Shown here: positions 29,857 to 39,101 of the stretch, piece by piece | Numbering within the stretch: position 1 is the first letter of the stretch | Layout: each line of letters begins with the position of its first letter | Source: an uncultured Lachnospiraceae bacterium | GTDB taxonomy: Bacteria; Bacillota; Clostridia; Oscillospirales; CAG-272 | DNA length: 64,000 bases | Direction of reading: 5' to 3' | Assembly: GCA_964568425.1 (NCBI GenBank) | Contig: CAZMPO010000011.1 | Coordinates: forward strand, 634 to 64,633 | Program-made: the position numbers and the translations under genes | The notes under the pieces: model-generated | Seen by the model: the letters and a program-made list of their open reading frames with translations, nothing else | What the model was told of the DNA's origin: nothing | Databases searched by the model: none

Positions 29857-30468
29857 ATGAAGATAGTACTTTCATCGCGAAACAAACACAAAATATCAGA
29901 GCTTCGAGCGATGCTTGAGCGCGAGGGGCTCTGTGTTGACATTCTCTCTCTCGATGACATCGGTTTTTTTGACGAGATCGACGAGAGCGGAACGACATTT
30001 GAAGAAAATGCGCTTATCAAGGCATCGGTTCCAGCAAAGCTCGGGTATATCGGGATCGCCGATGACAGCGGACTCTGCGTTGATGCATTAGGCGGCGCAC
30101 CCGGAGTATATTCGGCTCGCTATGCCGGAGAGGGTGCGAATGATCAGAAAAACAACGAAAAGCTTTTATCAGAGCTTTCGGATGTTACGCCCCCAAAAAG
30201 GGGAGCAAAATTTGTTTGCACGCTTGCCGCGGTAATGCCCTGTGGGGACAATCTTATCGTGCGCGGCGAATGCAAAGGAAGAATGATAGATTCTCCGCGC
30301 GGGCAGGACGGGTTTGGCTATGATCCGCTTTTTCTGTACGAGCCGTCGGGAAAGACATTTGCCGAGCTTACGCCGGATGAGAAAAACAGCGTAAGCCATC
30401 GTGCGGCAGCAATGAAGAAATTTGCCGCCGACTTTAAGATTTTTTTGGAGAAACACAATGACAAGTAA
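29857..30468 (+). CDS. rdgB: dITP/XTP pyrophosphatase
   Basis: SSRNKHK, ADDSGL, PGVYSARYAG, GFGYDPLF, SHRAAA. Confidence 0.95.
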   Translation: MKIVLSSRNKHKISELRAMLEREGLCVDILSLDDIGFFDEIDESGTTFEENALIKASVPAKLGYIGIADDSGLCVDALGGAPGVYSARYAGEGANDQKNNEKLLSELSDVTPPKRGAKFVCTLAAVMPCGDNLIVRGECKGRMIDSPRGQDGFGYDPLFLYEPSGKTFAELTPDEKNSVSHRAAAMKKFAADFKIFLEKHNDK

Positions 30469-30757
30469 GCAAAGAGCCTATTTAAGATCGCTCGCGACGG
30501 CAATACAGCCGATTTTCCAGGTCGGAAAGGGCGAGATCACCGACAACATGACCGAGCAGATCGGCAACGCGCTTGAGGCAAGAGAGCTGATAAAGGTTAA
30601 AGTCCTCGAAAACAGCATGTACTCGCCGAGAGACGCCGCCGATATCATAGCTGAGGCGACAGGTGCTGATGTCGTAACCGTCATCGGCACGAAATTCGTT
30701 CTTTACAGAGAGTCGGAAAAGCACAAGAAGATCGATCTTTCGTCCATCGCGAAATAA
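30458..30757 (+). CDS. yhbY: YhbY/CRM RNA-binding protein
   Basis: TSKQRAYLRSLA, QVGKGE, ELIKVKVL. Confidence 0.93.
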   Translation: MTSKQRAYLRSLATAIQPIFQVGKGEITDNMTEQIGNALEARELIKVKVLENSMYSPRDAADIIAEATGADVVTVIGTKFVLYRESEKHKKIDLSSIAK

Positions 30758-30758
30758 A

Positions 30759-31382
30759 ATGTCAAGCATCGAACGGCTCGGAATATACGGCGGAACATTT
30801 TCACCGCCTCACAACGGTCATCTTTATGCCGCGAAGGTATTTATGGAAAAGCTCGGTCTCGACCGGCTTCTCGTGATACCGACCTGCATACCTCCTCACA
30901 AACATGTTGCGGAAAACGATCCCGAGGCAAGGCTTGAGATGACCGAGATCGCGTTTTCAACACTTCCCGAATACAACAAAACACTCTTTGTCGACCCTTA
31001 TGAATACAGATTGGGCGGCAAGAGCTACACGGCAAAAACGCTCGAACATTTTTCAGGCAAGGATCGCGAGCTTTTCTTTCTTTGCGGAACCGACATGTTC
31101 TTAACTCTTGCCGATTGGTATCATCCCGAGATCATATGCTCGCTTGCGACGATCGTTCTTCTTCGCCGCGAGAGCGATCCCGAAAAGATCGAGGAGATCG
31201 AGAGCTACACTGCCCTTCTCTGCGAAAAGTATGCCGCAAGAATAGTCAAAATAGACTCGGATGCCATCGAGCTGTCGTCATCCGAAATTCGCGAGCGTGT
31301 TGCAAACGGTCTGCCGATAGATACACTGGTACCTGCGGGTGTTGTCGAATATATCAACGCAAAGGGGTTGTACTCAAAATGA
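30759..31382 (+). CDS. nadD: Nicotinate-nucleotide adenylyltransferase
   Basis: GIYGGTFSPPHNGH, PPHK, CGTDM, LSSSEIR. Confidence 0.95.
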   Translation: MSSIERLGIYGGTFSPPHNGHLYAAKVFMEKLGLDRLLVIPTCIPPHKHVAENDPEARLEMTEIAFSTLPEYNKTLFVDPYEYRLGGKSYTAKTLEHFSGKDRELFFLCGTDMFLTLADWYHPEIICSLATIVLLRRESDPEKIEEIESYTALLCEKYAARIVKIDSDAIELSSSEIRERVANGLPIDTLVPAGVVEYINAKGLYSK

Positions 31383-32008
31383 CGGATGCCGATATTGAAG
31401 CACTCAAGGAAAAGATCAAAAAGGATGTTGACGGATATCGCTATGTCCACACGCTCTCGGTCTGCGACGAATGCGGGCGACTTGCCGAGATGTTTTCACT
31501 AAGCAAGCAAGACCGGATATCACTTCAGATCGCGGCACTGCTGCATGACATAACAAAATCACACGACAAAACCGGTCAATGTGCTCTTGCGAAAAAGCTT
31601 TGCGTAGATCTTGGCGAGGATCTCGTCATGTCGCCCGCAGTTCTTCACGCCTTCACGGGAGCGGCGTATGCCGAAAAAGAATACGGTGAGTACACAAATG
31701 CCGACATTTTGTCGGCGATAGAATGTCACACGACCGGGAAGGTCGACATGTCACTCATTGACAAGCTGCTTTTCATCGCCGATTACATCGAACCGACGAG
31801 AGAGCATGCGGCATGCAAGGATCTTCGCGATTTTTTCTATGCAAGTCAAGAGGATGAGGACATATTCGTGCATCTTGACAAGACACTGCTCAGATCGTTC
31901 GACAACACGATCGCACTTCTTATAAAGAGAGGCGGATACATCTGTCAAAAAACGGTCGCCGCAAGAAATTTTATTCTGAAAACTCTTGATTTGTCGAATA
32001 AATTGTGA
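31379..32008 (+). CDS. yqeK: YqeK-like HD-domain Ap4A hydrolase
   Basis: RYVHTLSV, ALLHDITK, LHAFTGA, HTTG, FIADYIEP; directly after nadD. Confidence 0.9.
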   Translation: MTDADIEALKEKIKKDVDGYRYVHTLSVCDECGRLAEMFSLSKQDRISLQIAALLHDITKSHDKTGQCALAKKLCVDLGEDLVMSPAVLHAFTGAAYAEKEYGEYTNADILSAIECHTTGKVDMSLIDKLLFIADYIEPTREHAACKDLRDFFYASQEDEDIFVHLDKTLLRSFDNTIALLIKRGGYICQKTVAARNFILKTLDLSNKL

Positions 32009-32041
32009 TACAATAAGTAAAATACGAAAGGACAACCATAC

Positions 32042-32440
32042 ATGGAAGAAAAAATCAACATGCCCGATCTGTCAAAGGCAACTTCTGCGGAGCTTGCAGA
32101 GGCGATCGTTCGTGTACTTGCAGAGCACAAGACTCACGATCTTTCCCTGCTGCGCGTTGAAGAAAAGACAGTACTGACCGACTATTTCGTAATATGCAGC
32201 GGTAATTCATCGACACAGGTCCGTGCGCTTGCCGCCGAGGTGGAATATAAAATGTCGCTATGCAATGTCAAAGCGTGGAACATGGACGGATATTCGGAAG
32301 GCAGCTGGATCGTTGTCGACTTCGGTTCGGTCATGGTACACATATTCTGCCGTGACGCACGCAATTTCTACAAGCTTGAAAAGCTGTGGGCGGACGCCGA
32401 GGCGATTGATATTTCAGGCATGATAAACGAAGAAGAGTAA
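32042..32440 (+). CDS. rsfS: Ribosomal silencing factor RsfS
   Basis: TDYFVICSG.S..QVRALA, WIVVDFGSVMVHIF, FYKLEKLW. Confidence 0.95.
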   Translation: MEEKINMPDLSKATSAELAEAIVRVLAEHKTHDLSLLRVEEKTVLTDYFVICSGNSSTQVRALAAEVEYKMSLCNVKAWNMDGYSEGSWIVVDFGSVMVHIFCRDARNFYKLEKLWADAEAIDISGMINEEE

Positions 32441-32455
32441 GAAGGAATTGATTCT

Positions 32456-34858
32456 ATGAAATACGATTTTAAGACAATAGAGGAAAAATGGCAAAAGAAA
32501 TGGGATGAGGTCGGCGCATTCAAGGCATGCGACTGCTCAGACAAGAAGAAATTTTATGCGCTTGTTGAGTTCCCCTACCCCTCGGGCGCGGGAATGCACG
32601 TCGGGCACATAAAGGCATATTCGGGACTTGAGGTCGTCTCACGAAAGAGACGCATGCAGGGCTACAATGTGCTCTTCCCCATCGGATTTGACGCATTCGG
32701 TCTTCCGACCGAGAACTATGCGATAAAAACAGGAAAGCATCCGCGAAAGGTCACCGATGACAACATAGCACACTTTACAGAGCAGCTTAAAAAGGTCGGA
32801 TTTTCATTTGATTGGGCGAGAACGGTTGACACGACCGAGGAAGATTATTACAAATGGACGCAGTGGATATTCTGCAAAATGTTCGATAATGGTCTTGTTT
32901 TCAGGGACAAGACGCTTGTCAACTACTGCCCTTCCTGCAAGGTCGTTCTCTCTAACGAGGACTCACAGGGCGGCAAATGCGACATCTGCCACAGCGATGT
33001 AATTCAGAAATCGAAGGATGTTTGGTATCTCAGGATCACCGACTATGCCGACAAACTGCTCTCCGGGCTTGCCGATGTCGATTATCTGCCGAATGTCAAG
33101 CTTCAGCAGGAGAACTGGATCGGCAAATCGACGGGTGCGTTTGCAAACTTCAAGATCGCAAAAACGGACGAGTCGCTTAAGATCTACACAACTCGCCCCG
33201 ACACAATGTTCGGCGTGACTTTTATGGTCATTGCTCCCGAGCACCCGATAATCGAAAAGCTTGCCGACAGGATAAACAACTATGCCGAGCTTTGCGACTA
33301 TAAAAACGAGTGTGCCAAGAAGACGGAATTTGAGCGTACACAGCTTGTCAAGGACAAGACGGGTGTGAGAATTGACGGTATCGCGGCGATCAACCCGATC
33401 AGCGGAAAAGAGATCCCGATCTATATCTCCGACTATGTCATGATGGGCTACGGAACGGGCGCGATCATGGCGGTGCCCGCCCATGACGAGCGAGACTATG
33501 CGTTTGCCAAGAAATTCGGTATTGACATAATACCCGTCATAAGCGGCGGCGATATCTCGAAAGAGGCATACACGGGCGATGGCGAGATGATAAACTCGGA
33601 GTTCTTAAACGGTATCGACAACAAAAAGGATGCCATCGATCGCATGCTTTGCGAACTTGTCTCTCGCGGCATCGGCGAAAAGGGCGTTCAGTACAAAATG
33701 AAGGATTGGGCGTTCAACCGTCAAAGATATTGGGGCGAGCCGATTCCGATCGTTCACTGCCCCAAATGCGGAATGGTACACGTTCCCTACGATGAGCTTC
33801 CGCTTCGACTGCCGAATATCGATAATTTCATCCCGGGTGAGGGTGGCGAGAGTCCGCTTGCCAAGATCGAATCTTTTGTAAACTGCAAATGCCCGAGCTG
33901 TGGCTCTGACGCAAAGCGCGAGACCGACACGATGCCGCAGTGGGCAGGGTCGTCGTGGTATTTCCTTCGCTACATCGATCCGCACAACGACAACGCCCTT
34001 GCGGATGGCGAAAAGATGAAATATTGGCTTCCCGTCGATTGGTACAACGGCGGCATGGAGCATGTTACAAGACACCTTATCTATTCGAGATTCTGGTACA
34101 AATTCCTTTACGATATAGGCGTTGTACCTACATCAGAGCCGTACGCAAAAAGAACGGCTCAGGGGCTTATTCTCGGTCCTGACGGCGTAAAAATGTCGAA
34201 ATCGAGAGGCAATGTCATTGACCCCAACCAAGTAGTTGAGACCTATGGCGCAGACACTCTCCGCACCTACGTTCTCTTTATGGGCGATTACACATCAGCC
34301 GCTCCCTGGTCGGAAACGAGCGTTAAGGGTTGCAAGCGTTTTCTTGAGAGAGTTGCCGATCTGCCCGATATGGCAAAGGGCACGGGACACACACCCGAGC
34401 TTGAGAGCAGCTTCCACAAAACGATAAAGAAGGTCTCCTCCGATATTGAGGACATGAAGTTCAACACGGCGATAGCTGCGCTTATGACGCTCATAAACGC
34501 AATATTCGATCACGGATCGCTGACTGTTGACGAGCTCAAGATATTCGTAAAGCTTCTCTGCCCGTTTGCGCCTCATCTTTGTGAAGAGATATGGTCAGAC
34601 CTCGGTGAGACATCCCTGCTTTCGCTGTCCGATTGGCCCGAGTACGATGAGGCAAAGACGGTAGATGCGACAGTCGAGATCGCAATACAGATCTGCGGAA
34701 AGCTCAAGGGCACGATAATTGTCGCCAAAGATGCCACCAAAGAGCAGATGCTCGACGCCGCAAAGTCAAGTCCCAAGATCTCCTCGCTGATCGAGGGTAA
34801 AACTATCGTCAAAGAGATCTGCGTCCCCGGCAAGCTCGTTAACATAGTTGTAAGATAA
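32456..34858 (+). CDS. leuS: Leucine-tRNA ligase
   Basis: FPYPSGAGMHVGH, FDAFGLP, QENWIGKS, RQRYWGEP, RETDTM, KMSKS. Confidence 0.98.
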   Translation: MKYDFKTIEEKWQKKWDEVGAFKACDCSDKKKFYALVEFPYPSGAGMHVGHIKAYSGLEVVSRKRRMQGYNVLFPIGFDAFGLPTENYAIKTGKHPRKVTDDNIAHFTEQLKKVGFSFDWARTVDTTEEDYYKWTQWIFCKMFDNGLVFRDKTLVNYCPSCKVVLSNEDSQGGKCDICHSDVIQKSKDVWYLRITDYADKLLSGLADVDYLPNVKLQQENWIGKSTGAFANFKIAKTDESLKIYTTRPDTMFGVTFMVIAPEHPIIEKLADRINNYAELCDYKNECAKKTEFERTQLVKDKTGVRIDGIAAINPISGKEIPIYISDYVMMGYGTGAIMAVPAHDERDYAFAKKFGIDIIPVISGGDISKEAYTGDGEMINSEFLNGIDNKKDAIDRMLCELVSRGIGEKGVQYKMKDWAFNRQRYWGEPIPIVHCPKCGMVHVPYDELPLRLPNIDNFIPGEGGESPLAKIESFVNCKCPSCGSDAKRETDTMPQWAGSSWYFLRYIDPHNDNALADGEKMKYWLPVDWYNGGMEHVTRHLIYSRFWYKFLYDIGVVPTSEPYAKRTAQGLILGPDGVKMSKSRGNVIDPNQVVETYGADTLRTYVLFMGDYTSAAPWSETSVKGCKRFLERVADLPDMAKGTGHTPELESSFHKTIKKVSSDIEDMKFNTAIAALMTLINAIFDHGSLTVDELKIFVKLLCPFAPHLCEEIWSDLGETSLLSLSDWPEYDEAKTVDATVEIAIQICGKLKGTIIVAKDATKEQMLDAAKSSPKISSLIEGKTIVKEICVPGKLVNIVVR

Positions 34859-34902
34859 TCGCAAAGTATTTCAAAAAATTATACCGATTTGTGGAAAAAC
34901 AC

Positions 34903-34931
34903 TTGACAAAAGCGATTTTTTGTAGTATAAT
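34903..34931 (+). promoter_or_regulatory. SigA promoter for rpsU
   Basis: Perfect TTGACA-17-TATAAT. Confidence 0.88.
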
Positions 34932-34984
34932 AGTATTTGGTAAATTTATTCTCTTTGCAGAATGCGAGGGGAGGGAAAGCTACA

Positions 34985-35161
34985 ATGGCAGAAATAAGAG
35001 TAAAAGAAAACGAATCTCTTGACAGCGCACTTCGCAGATTTAAGAGACAGTGCCAGCGCTCCGGCGTTCTTACTGAGCTCAAGAAGAGAGAGCAGTACGA
35101 CAAGCCCAGCGTAAAGCGCAAGAAGAAATCGGAAGCGGCAAGAAAGCGTAAGTTTAAGTAA
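34985..35161 (+). CDS. rpsU: 30S ribosomal protein S21
   Basis: [21 protein letters not shown]...[17 protein letters not shown]. Confidence 0.97.
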   Translation: MAEIRVKENESLDSALRRFKRQCQRSGVLTELKKREQYDKPSVKRKKKSEAARKRKFK

Positions 35162-35190
35162 TTCCTACTTAGTTCAAGCCAACACACAAA

Positions 35191-35218
35191 GACAGGATGT
35201 TCACCCGAGCATCCTGTC
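35191..35218. terminator. Terminator between rpsU and the AraC gene
   Basis: GACAGGATGTTC-ACCC-GAGCATCCTGTC followed by TTAATTTT. Confidence 0.8.
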
Positions 35219-35237
35219 TTAATTTTATGAGGGCATA

Positions 35238-36188
35238 TCAGTCCTCTTTTTTATTTGTCACATCTCGCCAGGTTCCCGCCGAGTGACCTGTCACTCTCTT
35301 GAAGGTATTCATAAAGTGATGCTCATCGCAAAAGCCGAGAAGTTCGGAGATCTCCTTCATCGATTTGGTTTTTTGAGCGAGCATATCCTTTGCGGTCTCT
35401 ATTTTTCGTGTGATGATATACTGTTTTGGCGTACAACCGTATCTCTCGCCGAACACTCTGTTGATATGGCGTTCCGAATAGTGCTCTGCCGCCGCGATAT
35501 CTTCAATTCTGACCCTATAAAAAGGAGATGCGTCGATAAGTCTTTTTATTCTGGCAGAGAGCACATCATCGGAGTGCGGAACATTACCGCGCGTATAATA
35601 AACGGACGACGAAATATCTATCAGCTGATGTATGACCTGCTTATAGAGCTCATGAGTCCCCATTTCGTCTGAGTGTCGACAGAGCGAGTGGATACTTTGA
35701 AATCCTGCCTCGGTATTGACGCTTGCGGTAATAACACCCTCCGAAAAATCATCAAATCTGTTAAGGGCGATGAGCGAGTCGATGAGAGTTCCGGCGCAGT
35801 TGATCCACAGCTTTTTGAGCGGATTGTTCTGATCCGAATAGTATACGCACTCATAATCTCGCCTGATAATATATGTATCTCCCGCTTTTATGTTGTATAT
35901 TCGATTTTCGGTCTCTATCCTTCCCGCGCCTTCCTGAACGTACTCAAAGACATACATATACTGATTTGCGGGGCAACTTCTTTGGCGGACGATGAGATAA
36001 TCGCTGTTCGAGTAGGTTATACCTGCCTCAAAAATATAGAATGGCGTACCCGGTGTAAAATCAGCGTAATTTGAGTAGACCTGCTCCTCTGAGCCATAGA
36101 CATTGCCGAGCTCCTTTCGAACGTCAAAGAGCCTTTTAACATCGCCGTCACTACCCTGCTGTAATCGTTCGATTTTTTCATTTGACAT
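35238..36188 (-). CDS. AraC family transcriptional regulator
   Basis: Cupin-like N-terminus; C-terminal double HTH (HYSERHINRVF, ISELLGFCDEHHFMNTFKRVTG). Confidence 0.9.
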   Translation of the reverse strand: MSNEKIERLQQGSDGDVKRLFDVRKELGNVYGSEEQVYSNYADFTPGTPFYIFEAGITYSNSDYLIVRQRSCPANQYMYVFEYVQEGAGRIETENRIYNIKAGDTYIIRRDYECVYYSDQNNPLKKLWINCAGTLIDSLIALNRFDDFSEGVITASVNTEAGFQSIHSLCRHSDEMGTHELYKQVIHQLIDISSSVYYTRGNVPHSDDVLSARIKRLIDASPFYRVRIEDIAAAEHYSERHINRVFGERYGCTPKQYIITRKIETAKDMLAQKTKSMKEISELLGFCDEHHFMNTFKRVTGHSAGTWRDVTNKKED

Positions 36189-36210
36189 AAATTACACCAT
36201 CCTTTTGAAA

Positions 36211-36780
36211 TCAGTGTGAGAAATCGAGCGGGAACTGCTTTGTGAGCTGTCTGAGCTCGGGAATCGTATGCGGAGTATATCCCATATAGGGTTGCATTGC
36301 GCCGACGTTATATGCCTCGATATTATAGCCCTTGATCTTTGACAGCCTTGAATAAACATCCGCGCTGAGCTTTGCCTCGTATGAATTATGTACATGTCCG
36401 TAAATGTGCACCGTCCCCGGCTTTTGCATATCGCGAAAGGAGGATATGGGGTAATGCGACATGACGACAAGTCCGTCCTCGGTCATAAGTTCGAGATAGT
36501 CGTAGACAGCCTCGAACGCATAGGCGAGATCGGTGCCGTTATCATGGTTGCCGCGGATCAAGATCTTATGCCCTTTAAGACGTTGTGATATTGAAATGAG
36601 ATCTCCGCCCATACCGAATGAAAAATCGCCGACAAGATAAACGGTGTCATCATCTCCGACCGCGCCATTCCACTTTTTGATCATAAAATCGTTCATGGCA
36701 TCGACGTCGATAAAAGGTCTGCCGTCGTATCCGATGCACTTTCTGTCATAAAAATGCGTATCGGAAATATAATAGTTCAT
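36211..36780 (-). CDS. Calcineurin-like metallophosphoesterase (short, phage-type)
   Basis: ISDTHF, LVGDF, GNHD, SHYP, HIYGHVH; ATG 36780 preceded by a TTGATT-17-TATAAT promoter (36815-36843). Confidence 0.85.
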   Translation of the reverse strand: MNYYISDTHFYDRKCIGYDGRPFIDVDAMNDFMIKKWNGAVGDDDTVYLVGDFSFGMGGDLISISQRLKGHKILIRGNHDNGTDLAYAFEAVYDYLELMTEDGLVVMSHYPISSFRDMQKPGTVHIYGHVHNSYEAKLSADVYSRLSKIKGYNIEAYNVGAMQPYMGYTPHTIPELRQLTKQFPLDFSH

Positions 36781-36892
36781 AAAATTCAAATCCCTGCTTA
36801 CTTGTTTTCTTATTATTATACACCATAAATGCAAAAAAATCAAGCGGTATCGGATAAAAAATTCGAAACCGCTTGACATTTTTTGGTAAAGA

Positions 36893-38353
36893 TCATTTAA
36901 TATTCCCAAATAGATAGGGTTTTATGATCGTTTCGCCGTAAACGATCGAAAATTCGGGATCTTTCGGGTCAAAGACGAGTACGTCGTCTTTTGTATAGAC
37001 CTTTCCGTCGATCGAATAAAAATCGTCATTTCCGCTCGCGATATTTACATATTCAATGGCAGGGCAATCAACAAAGAGGGTACAGAATGGGCGACCGATC
37101 TGACCATCGGCGTTCAGATCGACGCCATCAAAAATTTCTTTTCTGTATGTCTCCATACTCGAATTCCAAAGCTCGGACGAGGTCGCAAATCCCGATCTGA
37201 GTGTCGATGGCAGATTGACGGTGGTGAGCTTATCAAGAGATGAAAATGTCGGTGCGGCGATAAGCGACACCCCCTCGGGGATCGTTATCTCGCACAGGTT
37301 GGGAAGATTCTCGCCGTTTACCGAATTTGCAAGCAGAGCATTTGTCGCACATCCGCCGAATGAAGACGGAACAGAAACTCTTTCCATGTTAGACGAAATA
37401 TCGCAGACAGTCCCGTTTCTGACGAGATAGTTTGTGTACCCGATCTCCCCTTCATCATCCCCTGCCCTGAAGAGAGTGAACTTGGGCATAGTGCCGTCGC
37501 CGTCGCTTTCAAGATCGGAAAAAACGAATTTCACACAGATCCTGTCATATTCACGAGAGGTCAAAGAGCCGTCATCCGCAAGTCCGATATAGAACGAGAG
37601 CTCGAGCAGCTCTTTGTCATCCGGACAGATATAGTAATGCAGAAGCTCATGCCTTCCGTCTTCGCATATACCTTCGACGGCAAGCGCGTCGGGGTAGTTG
37701 TCGGCTTTATCAAAGCTATAGGACACTGCCGCAGGGATCTGCGCCTCATCGGCGGACAGGTAAAGGTATACATTACCGTAGTAGCCCTCGCCGTTTGAGT
37801 AGGCGATCATCGATCTTGACACCCTGTCAAGGCGAAGATCGAATGTGGACAAAAGTTTCACGCACTCGGGATCAGCAAATTCGCCCGATCCACCCGAATT
37901 GACGCCCGATCCGCTTGACGATGAAAAGAAATGATTATAGATAAACTCGCCGGTAGTGATCGGTGGTTCTGTCGTTGTCGACTCTATTGTTGTCGATACG
38001 GGCGTTATCGGCGCGGTCGAGGTCGAGACATCTGTTTCTTTGGGTCGAACGGAGACGGTAATGTCAAAAAGCCCGTTAGTCGAAGTCGATGCGCTCGGAT
38101 CACTCGGCATCTCAGCCGATCTTGCGAACATAAAAACGGCAATTCCAAGGGCAAACAGGCAGGCGGCAAGCATTATCACCGACAGGACGCGATCGGCTCT
38201 GCGGCGATAATGCTTTTTCTCTCTTACTCGAACAAATCGATCATTTTGCGAAGCTGCAGATATTGCATCAAGTCGTTCTTTCGCATACAGATCGAATGCA
38301 TCGCGAAGATCCTTATCGAACCTTTCAGTCTTGTTTTTATTTTTCTCGGACAT
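36893..38353 (-). CDS. Putative single-pass anti-sigma factor with extracellular beta-sandwich and BspA-type LRR region
   Basis: Basic cytoplasmic N-terminus, one hydrophobic helix, Thr/Ser linker, LRR_5-like ITIPEGVSLI/VNLPSTL/FYSIDGKVYTKD; directly downstream of the ECF sigma. Confidence 0.65.
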   Translation of the reverse strand: MSEKNKNKTERFDKDLRDAFDLYAKERLDAISAASQNDRFVRVREKKHYRRRADRVLSVIMLAACLFALGIAVFMFARSAEMPSDPSASTSTNGLFDITVSVRPKETDVSTSTAPITPVSTTIESTTTEPPITTGEFIYNHFFSSSSGSGVNSGGSGEFADPECVKLLSTFDLRLDRVSRSMIAYSNGEGYYGNVYLYLSADEAQIPAAVSYSFDKADNYPDALAVEGICEDGRHELLHYYICPDDKELLELSFYIGLADDGSLTSREYDRICVKFVFSDLESDGDGTMPKFTLFRAGDDEGEIGYTNYLVRNGTVCDISSNMERVSVPSSFGGCATNALLANSVNGENLPNLCEITIPEGVSLIAAPTFSSLDKLTTVNLPSTLRSGFATSSELWNSSMETYRKEIFDGVDLNADGQIGRPFCTLFVDCPAIEYVNIASGNDDFYSIDGKVYTKDDVLVFDPKDPEFSIVYGETIIKPYLFGNIK

Positions 38354-38366
38354 GACTGTAATTACC

Positions 38367-38915
38367 TCACTCGTTTTCGTGATATTCACTGTTTTCCTTC
38401 CAGCGTTTATACAGTATCTCGCGACCGCGCTGGAGCTGTTTTCTGACAGTTGTCGATGAACGACCGACTATCTCGGCAATTTCGGCATTTGACAGATCGT
38501 TTACATAGTGCAGTGCGAGAACATCTCTGTATTTATCGGGGAGCTCTTTTATGCATTTTAGCAGCTTATCAACGCTGTCCTTATTTATCAGTGACTCGGC
38601 AACATCGACCCCATCATCTATATCTATAAACATTTCGTCATACGAAAATGTGGGCTTACGCGAGCGCAGAAGATCGATCGCCTTATGCTTTGCCGTTTCG
38701 GTGACGTAATAATATAGTCTGAAGTCTTCCATTTCGCAGAGCGTGTCGACATGACCCGAGAGAGCAATGAAGGCGTTCTGGACGGCATCCTCGGCGTCCT
38801 GTCTGTTTTGAAGGACAGAAAAGGCAACATATTCCATTTGTCGGTAGTATTTATTGAATATACCCTCAAGCAATGCGTTTCGGCGCACCTCTTCGGGCAA
38901 TGAACCAAGCTGCAT
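38367..38915 (-). CDS. ECF (sigma-70 group 4) sigma factor
   Basis: DAEDAVQNAF region 2; LPDKYRDVLALHY...SNAEIAEIVG.S.TTVRKQLQRGR region 4. Confidence 0.93.
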   Translation of the reverse strand: MQLGSLPEEVRRNALLEGIFNKYYRQMEYVAFSVLQNRQDAEDAVQNAFIALSGHVDTLCEMEDFRLYYYVTETAKHKAIDLLRSRKPTFSYDEMFIDIDDGVDVAESLINKDSVDKLLKCIKELPDKYRDVLALHYVNDLSNAEIAEIVGRSSTTVRKQLQRGREILYKRWKENSEYHENE

Positions 38916-39042
38916 TTTGACTTCCTTTCCGACGCGCGAGCGTGTTGACAGGCATTTCGCCTCCCATTATAAAATAACGAGTGAAAAGAGCGTTTTGTGA
39001 CAGAAAAATATATGTTTTGCATATAATTCACATATTAAACAG

Positions 39043-39079
39043 CAAGATCGGCAGAGAATGGATGTCTCCGCCGATCTTG
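39043..39079. terminator. Hairpin terminator after the ABC operon
   Basis: CAAGATCGGCAGAGA...TCTCCGCCGATCTTG (one mismatch). Confidence 0.7.
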
Positions 39080-39101
39080 GAATGTTTTTGCAGAAATTAT
39101 T

